Below, in pieces: positions 18,636-29,279 of a stretch of DNA of 64,000 nucleotides. The stretch comes from an uncultured delta proteobacterium. GTDB lineage: Bacteria; Desulfobacterota; Binatia; HRBIN30. The notes under the pieces are model-generated. The model was not told the DNA's origin. It worked only from the letters and a program-made list of their open reading frames with translations, and searched no databases. Numbering within the stretch: position 1 is the first letter of the stretch; every line of letters begins with the position of its first letter. The position numbers and the translations under genes were made by a program. The stretch spans positions 296,150 through 360,149 of the forward strand of contig CAVSQF010000022.1 in NCBI GenBank assembly GCA_963729835.1. Reading direction: 5' to 3'.

Positions 18636-20351
18636 ATGCGAAGATGGGTTTTCGGGATTGCTTTGACCTGCTTGGCCGCAGGTTGTGGCGAGAGTTCGGA
18701 GGATTTCGGCGCGCCACCAGCCCCGCCCGCATCCGGCTTCATCACCAATCAACACATCGTGTACTCGGATGGCTTGCACAACGAGAACACGGAGATGCTA
18801 CGGCTCGACGACCGCATCCTGCTGGTCTTCCGTGGCGGTGAGACCGCACAAACAGGGTCGAAGCGGGCGCGCATAAAGATCTTTGCCTCGACGGACAACG
18901 GCCAGACGTTCAGCCTGCTCAACCAAGTCTTTGCGCCCGAGGACCCGGCTAACCCGAGCAGCGGCCGCGACATTCGCGATCCCAAGCTCGTCGAAATGGG
19001 GAACGCCTTGTTCTTGTACGGCTGCAGCCGTCTCCCAGCCTCTACGTTCCGCGATCTCTTCGGCGAGGCGTGGACCGTGCGTGCCGCGTCGACCGACAGC
19101 GGCAGCACTTGGACGACACCGGTGAAGACCTACGCGGATATCGCGAACGGCGGCGAAACGTTTTGGGAGTTCTGGCGGTTCACGAAGCGCCAGTACACGG
19201 TTGCCGGGCAGAGCAAGCTGACCCTCTATGCCACGGGGTACAACGACGGCGACGTCACCGTCGACCTGTTCGCCTCTGATGACGGCGTGCAGTGGAAAAA
19301 AATCGGCACGATTCTTCACAGCTACGACGACGTGCCGAGCGAGGCCGAGCTGCAGTTCTTCGGCGACAACAACGAAAAGGCTGTGGCGCTCGTGCGGCTC
19401 GACAACCAGGATATCTTGGAAAATGGGCAAACGGCGATTTGCACATCCAGTGATCCATTCAACACGTGGGAGTGCGGCCGCCGTATCGAACAGCGGCTCG
19501 ATGGCCCGACGTGGATTGTCCGCCGGAGCGGCAATGCAATTCGGAACTTCGTCTTCGCCCGCAAGCACCTGCCGTGTACGGTCAAGCGGACGGCGGCGTA
19601 CGAGCTGCGCGGCGATCTGACGGATCCGACCGCGCCCGTCGAGGTGTGTGAGATTCAAGAGTTGAAGAGTGAGGGGGACACCGCCTACACGGCGCTCGCG
19701 CCGCTGAGTCAGGACCAGTACCTCCTGTCGTGGTACAGCAATCCGCTCGGCGAAGAGCTGCCGTGGCTGGAAGGGCAATTCTCCCCGAGCGATATCTGGC
19801 TGGCGACAGTGGATTTCAGCCAGGCTCCCGCGGCGTGCGTGCACCCGGAGCCGAAGCGCGCCTGCCCGTCACCGCCGTTGCCGGCAGGGACCGCGGTGTT
19901 CGACGTCACAGGCCAACATCTGCTGACCATCGGTCCGGTGTTTTGGCCGGCGCAGACGATTTCGTTCACAGCGGACGTGACGGTGAAAGGTTCCACCTTG
20001 GATATGACGTTGCAACCACTGGACGGGACAACGTACGTGCCGGTCGGTCCGGCGTGGACGGTGACGGGCGTCCCGATTCTCGCCGACGGCAGCTTCACGG
20101 TGAGTTTCGGTGCACAGCCGCTGCCGGCAGCTGCGTATCCGTTCTTCGACGATCCCTATCTTTCGCTGGGCGACTTCACGCTCATCGGCAAGACGACCTC
20201 GAAGGATGCGTTTTGCGGCTCTGTCACCGGTTACGCGGGGGTTTTGCCCGGGTCGCGGGTGCCAGACAGGCTGCGGCTCGAGGGGTCGACGTTCGGTGCG
20301 ACGCGGATCACCGGCAGCACATTGCCCGCGCCGGTTATTTCCTGCCAGTGA
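18636..20351 (+). CDS. BNR/Asp-box repeat (sialidase-fold) lipoprotein
   Basis: Lipobox LAAGC; Asp-box repeats [26 protein letters not shown]. Confidence 0.6.
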   Translation: MRRWVFGIALTCLAAGCGESSEDFGAPPAPPASGFITNQHIVYSDGLHNENTEMLRLDDRILLVFRGGETAQTGSKRARIKIFASTDNGQTFSLLNQVFAPEDPANPSSGRDIRDPKLVEMGNALFLYGCSRLPASTFRDLFGEAWTVRAASTDSGSTWTTPVKTYADIANGGETFWEFWRFTKRQYTVAGQSKLTLYATGYNDGDVTVDLFASDDGVQWKKIGTILHSYDDVPSEAELQFFGDNNEKAVALVRLDNQDILENGQTAICTSSDPFNTWECGRRIEQRLDGPTWIVRRSGNAIRNFVFARKHLPCTVKRTAAYELRGDLTDPTAPVEVCEIQELKSEGDTAYTALAPLSQDQYLLSWYSNPLGEELPWLEGQFSPSDIWLATVDFSQAPAACVHPEPKRACPSPPLPAGTAVFDVTGQHLLTIGPVFWPAQTISFTADVTVKGSTLDMTLQPLDGTTYVPVGPAWTVTGVPILADGSFTVSFGAQPLPAAAYPFFDDPYLSLGDFTLIGKTTSKDAFCGSVTGYAGVLPGSRVPDRLRLEGSTFGATRITGSTLPAPVISCQ

Positions 20352-20551
20352 GCTGTGCGTGCCAGGGTTCCGGCGTCTGATGCGTCTCAACGGTTGACTC
20401 ATAGCGCGGGCTCTGGCCCGCAACCCAACACCTGCCGCCCGCGTAGCTCAGCTGCCGGAGTGAGCCGGGACCGTTGTGTCGGCGGCGGACTCGGGTTACA
20501 AGAAACCGTCCGAACGATTCCCGTCTTGAACACAATCACAGGAGCGCACAG

Positions 20552-23107
20552 ATGATCGAAACATACCAGAAGCAGGTCGCCGAGCGGGCCGCCCAAGGCA
20601 TTCCGCCGCTGCCGCTCAATCCGGAGCAAACCGAGCAGCTGTGTCAGTTGCTCACCTCACCGCCTGCGGGGCAGGAAAAGTTGCTGTTGGATCTGTTCGA
20701 GAACCGTGTGTCTCCAGGAGTCGACCCGGCTGCGAAAGTGAAAGCGGGCTTTCTCGGACAGATCTTGACGGGGAAAGCTCGAAGCCCGCTGATTTCCAAG
20801 GCGCGCGCAGTCGAGATCCTCGGCGCCATGCTCGGCGGATACAACGTCGAGCCCCTGATTGCTGCGCTCCAAGACGCCGACGTCACCGCTGCCGCAGCCG
20901 AGGCCCTCTCCCATACCATCCTGGTCTACGACGCATTCAACGACGTCGAGAAGCTGGCGAAGACCAATGCGGCCGCAAAGAAGGTTCTCGAATCATGGGC
21001 GGCCGCCGAGTGGTTCACCGCGCGTCCGGAGCTGCCTGCCGAAATCAAAGTGAAAGTTTTCAAGGTGGACGGCGAAATCAACACCGACGATTTCTCACCC
21101 GCCAGCGACGCGTCGACCCGTCCCGACATTCCATTGCACGCGCTGGCGATGGGCAAGACGCGCTTTCCCGGCGGCATCGGGAGCATTGCTCAGTGGCGCC
21201 AGGCGGGCGCGCGCGTGGCGTTCGCCGGCGACGTCGTCGGCACCGGCTCGTCGCGCAAGTCGGCCTGCAACAGCGTCCTCTGGCACATCGGCAACGACAT
21301 CCCGGCGGTGCCCAACAAGCGCCGCGCCGGGGTCATCATCGGCGGCGCCATTGCTCCCATCTTCTTCAACACCGCTGAAGACTCCGGCGCGTTGCCGCTG
21401 GTCGCCGACGTCACCGGCCTCGGCATGGGTCACGAGGTCACGATCAACACGCGCGAGGGTACGATCACGTCGGCTTCCGGCCAGGTGCTCTCGCGCTTTA
21501 CGATCAAGCCGAACACGCTGCCCGACGAGTTCCGCGCCGGCGGCCGCATTCCGCTGATCATCGGGCGCGCGCTGACGGCGCGCGCACGTGCCGCGCTCGG
21601 CCTGGGCGAGAGCGAGGTCTTCCGCAAGACCGAAAACCCGCAACCCAAGCCCGGCCAGGGTTTCACGCAGGCGCAAAAGATCGTGGGCAAGGCGGTCAGT
21701 TTATCGGGCGTGCTGCCCGGAACGGCGTGCGAGCCGAAGATGACCACCGTGCTGTCGCAGGACACCACCGGCCCCATGACGGCCGACGAGCTGAAGGAAC
21801 TGGCCTGCCTGCGGTTCCAGAGCCCACTCTTCCTGCAGTCGTTCTGCCACACCGCCGCCTACCCCAAGCCGGCCGACGTGAAGATGCACCGCACGTTGCC
21901 GCCCTTCGTCGCTGCACGCAAAGGCGTGCCGCTGCGTCCCGGCGACGGGGTTTGCCACAGCTGGATCAACCGACTCCTGGTACCCGACACCGTGGGCACC
22001 GGCGGCGACTCGCACACGCGCTTCCCGATCGGCATCTCGTTTCCGGCGGGCTCTGGGCTGGTTGCCTTCGCCGGGGCGCTCGGCTTCATGCCGCTCGACA
22101 TGCCCGAGTCAGTCCTGGTGCGGTTTTCCGGCGAGTTCCGCTCCGGTATCACTCTGCGTGATGCGGTGAACGCGATCCCGCTGTGGGCGATCAAGAAGGG
22201 TTTGCTGACGGTACCGAAGAAGAACAAGAAGAACGTCTTCAACGGTCGCATCCTCGAAATCGAGGGGTTGCCGAAGCTGACCGTGGAGCAGGGGTTCGAG
22301 CTGACCGACTCCGCCGCCGAACGCTCGGCGGCCGCCGGCTGCATCCAGCTCTCTGAGGAATCGGTCAAGACCTTCCTGCGTTCCAGCATGGCCCTCATCC
22401 GGCGCATGATCGAGGATGGCTATCAGGACGCCGAGACCTTAGAGAAGCGGGCCAAGGCAATCGAGGCATGGCTGGCAAATCCGCAGCTGCTCAAGGCCGA
22501 CGCCAACGCGGAGTACGCAGCGGTGATCGAGATCGATCTCGCTGAAATTTTTGAGCCGATCCTGGCCTGCCCCAACGACCCCGACGATGTCAAGCTGCTG
22601 TCGGAGGTGGCGGGCACGCCGATCCAGGAAGTGTTCATCGGCTCATGCATGACCAACATCGGGCACTTCCGCGCCGCCGGCAAGATCTGGGAAGGCCGCA
22701 AACACACCCCCGCAACACGCACGTACATCTGCCCGCCGACGCGGATGGATCAGGCCAAGCTCAAGGGCGAGGCCTATTTCGCGTTGTTCAACGCGATCGG
22801 CGCCCGCATCGAAACGCCCGGCTGCTCCCTATGCATGGGCAACCAGCTGCGCGTGCCCGCCGGGACGACCGTCTTCTCCACCTCCACGCGCAACTTCGAC
22901 GACCGCATGGGCGATGGGGCAAAGGTCTTCCTCGGCTCGGCCGAGCTGGGCGCGGTCACCGCGTTGATGGGCAAGCTGCCGACGCCGGCGGAGTACCTGG
23001 CCGAATTCGAGGCCAGGGTCGCCCCGCACCGGGACGAGGTGTACAGATACCTGCAGTTGGACGAACTGGGCCGGTTCGACGACATCTACAACCGGCGCGA
23101 TCTGTAG
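20552..23107 (+). CDS. acnB: aconitate hydratase B (bifunctional aconitase 2 / 2-methylisocitrate dehydratase)
   Basis: RBS AGGAGCG then ATG 20552. MIETYQKQVAERAAQGIPPLPL... is collinear with E. coli AcnB over 851 aa (e.g. DVVGTGSSRKSA, SFCHTAAYPKP, GSCMTNIGHFRA, CSLCMGNQ). Confidence 0.95.
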   Translation: MIETYQKQVAERAAQGIPPLPLNPEQTEQLCQLLTSPPAGQEKLLLDLFENRVSPGVDPAAKVKAGFLGQILTGKARSPLISKARAVEILGAMLGGYNVEPLIAALQDADVTAAAAEALSHTILVYDAFNDVEKLAKTNAAAKKVLESWAAAEWFTARPELPAEIKVKVFKVDGEINTDDFSPASDASTRPDIPLHALAMGKTRFPGGIGSIAQWRQAGARVAFAGDVVGTGSSRKSACNSVLWHIGNDIPAVPNKRRAGVIIGGAIAPIFFNTAEDSGALPLVADVTGLGMGHEVTINTREGTITSASGQVLSRFTIKPNTLPDEFRAGGRIPLIIGRALTARARAALGLGESEVFRKTENPQPKPGQGFTQAQKIVGKAVSLSGVLPGTACEPKMTTVLSQDTTGPMTADELKELACLRFQSPLFLQSFCHTAAYPKPADVKMHRTLPPFVAARKGVPLRPGDGVCHSWINRLLVPDTVGTGGDSHTRFPIGISFPAGSGLVAFAGALGFMPLDMPESVLVRFSGEFRSGITLRDAVNAIPLWAIKKGLLTVPKKNKKNVFNGRILEIEGLPKLTVEQGFELTDSAAERSAAAGCIQLSEESVKTFLRSSMALIRRMIEDGYQDAETLEKRAKAIEAWLANPQLLKADANAEYAAVIEIDLAEIFEPILACPNDPDDVKLLSEVAGTPIQEVFIGSCMTNIGHFRAAGKIWEGRKHTPATRTYICPPTRMDQAKLKGEAYFALFNAIGARIETPGCSLCMGNQLRVPAGTTVFSTSTRNFDDRMGDGAKVFLGSAELGAVTALMGKLPTPAEYLAEFEARVAPHRDEVYRYLQLDELGRFDDIYNRRDL

Positions 23108-23182
23108 CGGGGCAGGGCATCGGGGTTCTGCCTCGATCGAAGAGTGATTGGGATTGCCGGTTTTCCACTTAGGAGACGCGCA

Positions 23183-23560
23183 ATGGGAACATTCTACGCT
23201 GAGTGTAAGATCGAGAATCCGGTTGATCGGACTCGCTCCGTGGTTATCCCCAAGCTGCTGGTCGATACCGGAAGCGAGTACACGTGGGTGTCCGAACGCA
23301 CGCTCGAACGGATCGGGATTCGACGAGAGAAAAGGGATATCACCTCCGTGCTGGCGAACGGCCAAGAAGTTACCCGGAGCGTCGGCTTTGCCATCATTCG
23401 GCTCGACAGGTTCTTCACCATCGACGAGGTGGTCTTCGCCGAGAAGGGCGACCTGCTCCTGCTTGGTGCCAGGACCCTGGAGGGCCTCAACCTGACGATC
23501 GACCCCAGAAGCAAGAAACTGGTCGCCGCAGGGCCGCTGCCAGCTGCCGTAAGTGTATGA
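23183..23560 (+). CDS. retropepsin-like (clan AA) aspartic protease
   Basis: LVDTGSEYTWV catalytic D-T-G-S motif, ~125 aa single-domain. RBS TAGGAGACG. Confidence 0.7.
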   Translation: MGTFYAECKIENPVDRTRSVVIPKLLVDTGSEYTWVSERTLERIGIRREKRDITSVLANGQEVTRSVGFAIIRLDRFFTIDEVVFAEKGDLLLLGARTLEGLNLTIDPRSKKLVAAGPLPAAVSV

Positions 23561-23676
23561 GCAAGGCGGGTCGGTACCTCATCAGCTACTTTGTGTTCAA
23601 GACAACCGGTGAAGCCTTGATTATCAGCGCGAGGGATATGACAAGGAAGGAAAAGAGGTTCTATGCGAAAACCTAG
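23557..23676 (+). pseudogene. 3' remnant of brnT (DUF497) toxin gene
   Basis: 39 codons GRYLISYFVFKTTGEALIISARDMTRKEKRFYAKT match the C-terminal RIISAR...E(K/R)..Y region of BrnT. The N-terminal ~55 aa are absent and upstream frame is non-protein-like. Confidence 0.5.
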
Positions 23677-23821
23677 CAAGCGTGACGCCATTCCTCAGCA
23701 CTTCAGGAACGTCGCAGACGCGGCGGATTTCTGGGACACGCACGATCTGGCTGACTACGGGGACGCGACCAAGGAAGTGAGCTTCGAGGTCGACATCCGC
23801 GGCCGCGTGTTTGCCCTGTAG
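23663..23821 (+). CDS. BrnA-like antitoxin (DUF4415 / CopG-like)
   Basis: RBS AAGGAAGGAAAAGAGG. MRKPSKRDAIPQHFRNVADAADFWDTHDLADYGDATKEVSFEVD resembles the ..FWDTHDLtDY.. signature. Confidence 0.55.
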   Translation: MRKPSKRDAIPQHFRNVADAADFWDTHDLADYGDATKEVSFEVDIRGRVFAL

Positions 23822-23822
23822 C

Positions 23823-24140
23823 TCAGTGCACGACCTTCGGCATGTCCGTCGCCTCGAAAATGGGGCCGAAGGCTTGCTCGTAGCGGCCGATGTTTTCTTC
23901 GATGGCCTTGAGGATGCGTTTCATGTGCTCGGGCGTGGTGATCACCCGTGACCGCAGGTTGGCGATCGCTTGGCCTTGCGGCGTGCGCTGCGGCTGCACG
24001 AACAGGAAATCGAGGATGAACTCCTCCTTGCGGTGCGTGATCATCATGAGGTTGGAATAGACGCCGGTTGCCCCCTGCGGGTCCATTTGGATCGAGATCT
24101 GGTGTTGGTGGGCCTGCTGTTCTTTGGGTTCGTCAGCCAT
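23823..24140 (-). CDS. DUF3467 family protein
   Basis: GVYSNLMMITHRKEEFILDFLFVQP hallmark. Start taken at MADEPKEQ (24140). Confidence 0.7.
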   Translation of the reverse strand: MADEPKEQQAHQHQISIQMDPQGATGVYSNLMMITHRKEEFILDFLFVQPQRTPQGQAIANLRSRVITTPEHMKRILKAIEENIGRYEQAFGPIFEATDMPKVVH

Positions 24141-24285
24141 CGGTGGTCTCCCTTCTGCGGCCGGCAAGTCCAGTGACGGCAGATACGGTGCCCGCCGCCG
24201 TCACTATCAACCTGCCACTGTTCCAGCGTCATGTTGCCGAAACATGAAACGTGAACACAACGGATCACGTTTCACGCATCACGTT

Positions 24286-24783
24286 TCAGGTTCCCACAGC
24301 CGGCTCGGGACGCAGAACGCGCAGCGGCGTGCGCGGCGGCGCGATCCGACAATCGCCGTCGAGGCAACCGCCCTCCTGGACGATCAGGCTCTGCGTCTCC
24401 ACCTTGCCCATCAAGCGGCCGCCGGCGCCGATCTCGACCCGTTCGGCTCCACGGACTTCGCCGCGCACTTCTCCGAGCACGACGAGCTTGAGCGCGCGCA
24501 CCGTCCCTTCGACTAAAGCGTCTTCGCCGACCACGAGCAGCTCGGTGGCACGCACCTCGCCACGCAAGGTGCCGTCGATGCGCGTTGGCACCGTGAAGCT
24601 CAGCCGTCCGCTGACCACCGTGTCGTGGCCCAGCGACGGCCGCAACACCGGGGCCGGCGCTACCACCGCCATTTCGGCAGGCGTGTCAGGTTCCCCAGAG
24701 GTCCACTCCTGGTCCGCCTCCACCTCTTGCTCCCCCTCCATCCTGTTCTCCGGCCTCAGCTCCTCTGTCCGCTTCCAAAACAC
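24286..24783 (-). CDS. bactofilin (DUF583) cytoskeletal protein
   Basis: Repetitive beta-helix pattern TVVSGRLSF...IDGTLRGEV...LLVVGEDALVEGTV...LKLVVLGEVRGEV...VEIGAGGRLMGKV...LIVQEGGCLDGD. Confidence 0.8.
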   Translation of the reverse strand: MFWKRTEELRPENRMEGEQEVEADQEWTSGEPDTPAEMAVVAPAPVLRPSLGHDTVVSGRLSFTVPTRIDGTLRGEVRATELLVVGEDALVEGTVRALKLVVLGEVRGEVRGAERVEIGAGGRLMGKVETQSLIVQEGGCLDGDCRIAPPRTPLRVLRPEPAVGT

Positions 24784-24804
24784 CTCACTCCTCCTTCCTC
24801 CCCC

Positions 24805-25800
<996 letters not shown>

Positions 25801-25885
25801 GGATTAACGCTGCGGACAAATGGAAAATGGAGAATGGAAAACGGAAAACCCGCGAACGAGAGACCCATTTTCCATTTTTCGTTCT

Positions 25886-26875
25886 TCATTTCTTCTGCTC
25901 TGACCACCCTGGTTCTGACGCCCGGATGCAGGCGGCCGCGTGGTCCGGCTCCACCTCGTCTAGCAGCGGATCGGTTACGGCGCAGCGGTCAACGGCGCTG
26001 GGGCAGCGGTCACGGAAGTGGCAGCCGGACGGCAGGCGCCACAAGTCAGGCACGATACCGGGGATCGCCTCGAGACGTCGTGCCTTCTCCGCCCCGACCT
26101 TAGGGATGCAGCGCAGCAAGCCGCGCGTGTACGGGTGCAGCGGCCGCGCGAAAATGGCGCTGACGGATGCGTGTTCGACGATGCGGCCGGCGTACATGAT
26201 CGCCACCTCATCCGCCCGCTCAGCCACGATACCCAAGTCGTGGGTGACGAGGATAAGCGCCATCCCCAAGCGGCGCTGCAGCCCCGCCAACAGGTCGAGG
26301 ATCTGCGCCTGAATGGTCACGTCGAGTGCGGTGGTCGGTTCGTCGGCAATCAGCAAACGCGGATGACAGGACAACGCCATGGCAATCATCACCCGCTGGC
26401 GCATGCCGCCGCTGAGCTGGTGCGGGTACTCGTCCACCCGGCGCTCGGGCTCAGGGATCTCCACCAGCGCCAGCATTTCGATCGCCTTCTTGCGTGCCGC
26501 GCGCCGCGTCAGCCCTTGGTGCAAGCGCACGGCCTCGGCGATCTGGTTGCCGATCGTAAAGACCGGATTCAAGGAGCTCATCGGTTCTTGAAAGATCATG
26601 GCGATGGCATTGCCGCGGATGCGCCGCATGTCGGCCTCGCGGAGCGCCAGCAGATTGCGGCCGTCAAAACGGATCTCGCCGCCCACCACGCGACCGGAGG
26701 GTGGCGTCAGGCGTAGGATCGACAGCGCCGTCATTGTCTTCCCACAACCTGACTCGCCGACCAGTCCAAGCGTGTGGCCGGGATCGAGAGTGAGACTGAT
26801 CCCGTCCACCGCACGCGCTTCGCCCTGCGCGGCAAAGAAGCTGGTGTGCAGGTCGCGCACTTCGAGCAATGCCAC
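25886..26875 (-). CDS. oligopeptide/dipeptide ABC transporter ATP-binding protein (OppD/DppD-like)
   Basis: RBS AGGAAA + GTG start ([14 protein letters not shown]). [28 protein letters not shown]. Upstream part of track ORF is artefact. Confidence 0.8.
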   Translation of the reverse strand: MALLEVRDLHTSFFAAQGEARAVDGISLTLDPGHTLGLVGESGCGKTMTALSILRLTPPSGRVVGGEIRFDGRNLLALREADMRRIRGNAIAMIFQEPMSSLNPVFTIGNQIAEAVRLHQGLTRRAARKKAIEMLALVEIPEPERRVDEYPHQLSGGMRQRVMIAMALSCHPRLLIADEPTTALDVTIQAQILDLLAGLQRRLGMALILVTHDLGIVAERADEVAIMYAGRIVEHASVSAIFARPLHPYTRGLLRCIPKVGAEKARRLEAIPGIVPDLWRLPSGCHFRDRCPSAVDRCAVTDPLLDEVEPDHAAACIRASEPGWSEQKK

Positions 26876-27081
26876 ACAGGCTTTCCTAGCAGCCTGGCGG
26901 CAAAATCGGAAGGTGTGCCGGCGTGCTGACGCGCGTCGTCTCCAATCTTTTCTGGCGCTCTGTCCGCGGCCGTGCTCCAATGAGGCATGTATTCTTCGCG
27001 CCGGCCAATTCCGGCGAGCGCCGTGCCCCGACGGATCGTGCCGTCGACCGGCGGGCCACACCGAGTTAAGGAGTGCAACTG

Positions 27082-28122
27082 ATGCGGTCATCACTAGTTG
27101 TGATCAACGGTCCGATTGATTCCCGTGCGCGGCGCAGCCGATCGACGCTCGCATGGCTTTGGGTGGTGAGTGTCGCGGTGCTTCTGGGCTTGCTTCCGGC
27201 GAGCCACTCGCAGGCGGCGGTCGACATCGCAGCGCAGGAAGCCTTTCTGCGCACCGCGCCGGGCGGCGGCGATGAAGTGACCACACCGGCGGTGGGCCAG
27301 ACCGTCTACTTCCACGTCGGCTTTCAGCTGACGGGGCCCGCGGGCTCGGTGGCGGTGAGCCAGCGTGCGTTGCTCGATGGGGCTGAGTTCTGCGCCTTCA
27401 CCGAGGACACCACTCCCGGCGATTGGTTCTCCTGGTGTCTCGACGGCTGGACGGCCACGGCGGGGACGCACACGCTGCAATGGGACCTCGACTACACGAA
27501 CACGGTGGCGGAAACCAACGAGAACAACAACTCGGTCTCCACGACGTGGACGAGCGGCGGGCCGACATCGACGCCGACGCCGGGCAGCGGAGTGGATATC
27601 GCGGCGCAGCGCGCGTTTCTGCGCACCGCGCCGGGCGGCGGCGATGAAGTGACCACACCGGCGGTGGGCCAGACCGTCTACTTCCATGTCGGCTTTCAAT
27701 TGACGGGGGCCACGGGCTCGCTGGCAATCAGTGGGCGAGCGCGATTGGATGGCGGCGACTTCTGCACGTTCACCTCGGACATCACAACCGGCACCTGGAC
27801 GGCGTGGTGCACCGGGGGCTGGACGGCGACCGCGGGGACGCACACCCTGCAGTGGGACCTCGACTACACGAACCAGGTGGCGGAAACGAACGAGAACAAC
27901 AACTCGGCCGCCACGACGTGGACGAGCGGCGGGCCGACCTGCGTTGGCGATTGCAATCACAGCGGCGAGGTCACTGTGGGCGAGCTCGTCACCATGGTGA
28001 ACATCGCCTTGGGCAGCGCGGCGTTATCCGCCTGCCCGGCCGGTGACGCCGATGGCAGCGGCACCATCGAGATCAACGAGATCATCGCCGCCGTGAACAA
28101 CGCCCTGGACGGTTGCCCGTGA
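27082..28122 (+). CDS. secreted protein with two tandem CARDB-like domains and C-terminal dockerin-like double repeat
   Basis: SD AAGGAG. Signal peptide. Two ~125-aa repeats ([38 protein letters not shown]...[22 protein letters not shown]). C-term [25 protein letters not shown]...[21 protein letters not shown]. Confidence 0.7.
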   Translation: MRSSLVVINGPIDSRARRSRSTLAWLWVVSVAVLLGLLPASHSQAAVDIAAQEAFLRTAPGGGDEVTTPAVGQTVYFHVGFQLTGPAGSVAVSQRALLDGAEFCAFTEDTTPGDWFSWCLDGWTATAGTHTLQWDLDYTNTVAETNENNNSVSTTWTSGGPTSTPTPGSGVDIAAQRAFLRTAPGGGDEVTTPAVGQTVYFHVGFQLTGATGSLAISGRARLDGGDFCTFTSDITTGTWTAWCTGGWTATAGTHTLQWDLDYTNQVAETNENNNSAATTWTSGGPTCVGDCNHSGEVTVGELVTMVNIALGSAALSACPAGDADGSGTIEINEIIAAVNNALDGCP

Positions 28123-28203
28123 GAACAGACCCCGCTCCGAGATCCGTGCAGGGGTGGTTTTGCGACCGAAATCGGTGTAAACAGATGTGCCACCGAGGAT
28201 ATT

Positions 28204-29193
28204 ATGGCGTGCACACCCTTTCTCACGAGTTGGCTGGCTGCCCTTCTTCTTTTGATGCTGAGCGCGGGGGCGACTCGTGCCCAAGCGGGGGCGGGGAACG
28301 TTAACTGCGACCTCCCGGGACTGATCGCTGCACTCTTCGGCACGCCCGACGCGTGTGCCGCCGACGTGAACGCCGACGGCGCGGTCAGCGCGGCGGACCT
28401 GACCGCCTTGGAAATCGATCTCTTCGTGCCCACGCCTCCGAGCGCAACGCCAAGCTCTACCCCGACGCACGTTGCCACGCCGACCTTCACCCGGACGCTC
28501 GTGCCGTCCGTAACGCCCACCGCAACGCGATCACCCACTGTGACACGCGCCCCGTCCAACACCCCGACGGCCACGGCAACCATTCCGATCTCCGTCGGCC
28601 CCATGATCACGTTCTTCGGTTTGACGTGGGCAGACAATTCCCCGATGACGCCGGATTCGACCGACGCGCAAGGCAACCCCGTGTATACACTGGGGCTTGG
28701 GCAAGTGGCAGGATTCTTCATCGTCGTCGAGGCGGAGGCAGGTACGAGCGGGCTCCTGCCGTCGGTAAATCCGACCAATAACTTAGTGGGGATGCCAAAC
28801 CTTCAAATTGAGGCCAATCGTGATTTGGGCAATGGCAGCACCGCGGTGTGCGATAACGGGCCGCTATCTGAAGATCTCCCGCTCGGCGGCGTACCGGGAA
28901 TCAATCCGCCGAGCTTCGATGCGGGCGTCAGCGCGACCGTCGATGCGCTCAACGACTTCGCCTGCCGCTTCGATGTTGGGGCGACGAGCGGTAGTGTCGC
29001 GTGCACGATTCCGGACCCTGACAGCGGGGCATTCGGGTTCATGAACGCGAACAGCGCGATCCAGTTCTGCACAGCAGGAGCGCTGCCGTTGCAAATGGCC
29101 TTCCAGTCGGGAGACACCTTGCTCACCGTGCGACTGCAGGACACGGCTGGCGACGTGGGTGTCCCGCGACAAATCGTCGTGCGTGTGCAGTGA
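28204..29193 (+). CDS. secreted protein with N-terminal dockerin-like motif and Thr/Pro-rich linker
   Basis: Signal peptide MACTPFLTSWLAALLLLMLSAGATRA, DVNADGAVSAADLTALEIDLF, then PT-rich linker. Confidence 0.6.
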   Translation: MACTPFLTSWLAALLLLMLSAGATRAQAGAGNVNCDLPGLIAALFGTPDACAADVNADGAVSAADLTALEIDLFVPTPPSATPSSTPTHVATPTFTRTLVPSVTPTATRSPTVTRAPSNTPTATATIPISVGPMITFFGLTWADNSPMTPDSTDAQGNPVYTLGLGQVAGFFIVVEAEAGTSGLLPSVNPTNNLVGMPNLQIEANRDLGNGSTAVCDNGPLSEDLPLGGVPGINPPSFDAGVSATVDALNDFACRFDVGATSGSVACTIPDPDSGAFGFMNANSAIQFCTAGALPLQMAFQSGDTLLTVRLQDTAGDVGVPRQIVVRVQ

Positions 29194-29198
29194 GGCAG

Positions 29199-29272
29199 GT
29201 TGCTAGGTTGTTATGTTTCTGAGGTTGTTAGGTGTTTAACATAACAACCCGACAACCTAGCAACTCACAACC
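29199..29272. repeat. palindromic REP-like element, copy A (GTTGCTAGGTTGTTA...CAACCTAGCAAC)
   Basis: 12-bp perfect terminal inverted repeat with internal GTTGTTAGG/CCTAACAAC units. Lies between convergent genes. A related copy is at 37871-37950. Confidence 0.7.
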
Positions 29273-29279
29273 TATTTCC

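Noticed and set aside
29199-29272. Rho-independent terminator call for the REP-like hairpins
   Set aside because: Strong stems but no downstream U-tract on either strand; kept as repeat elements instead.
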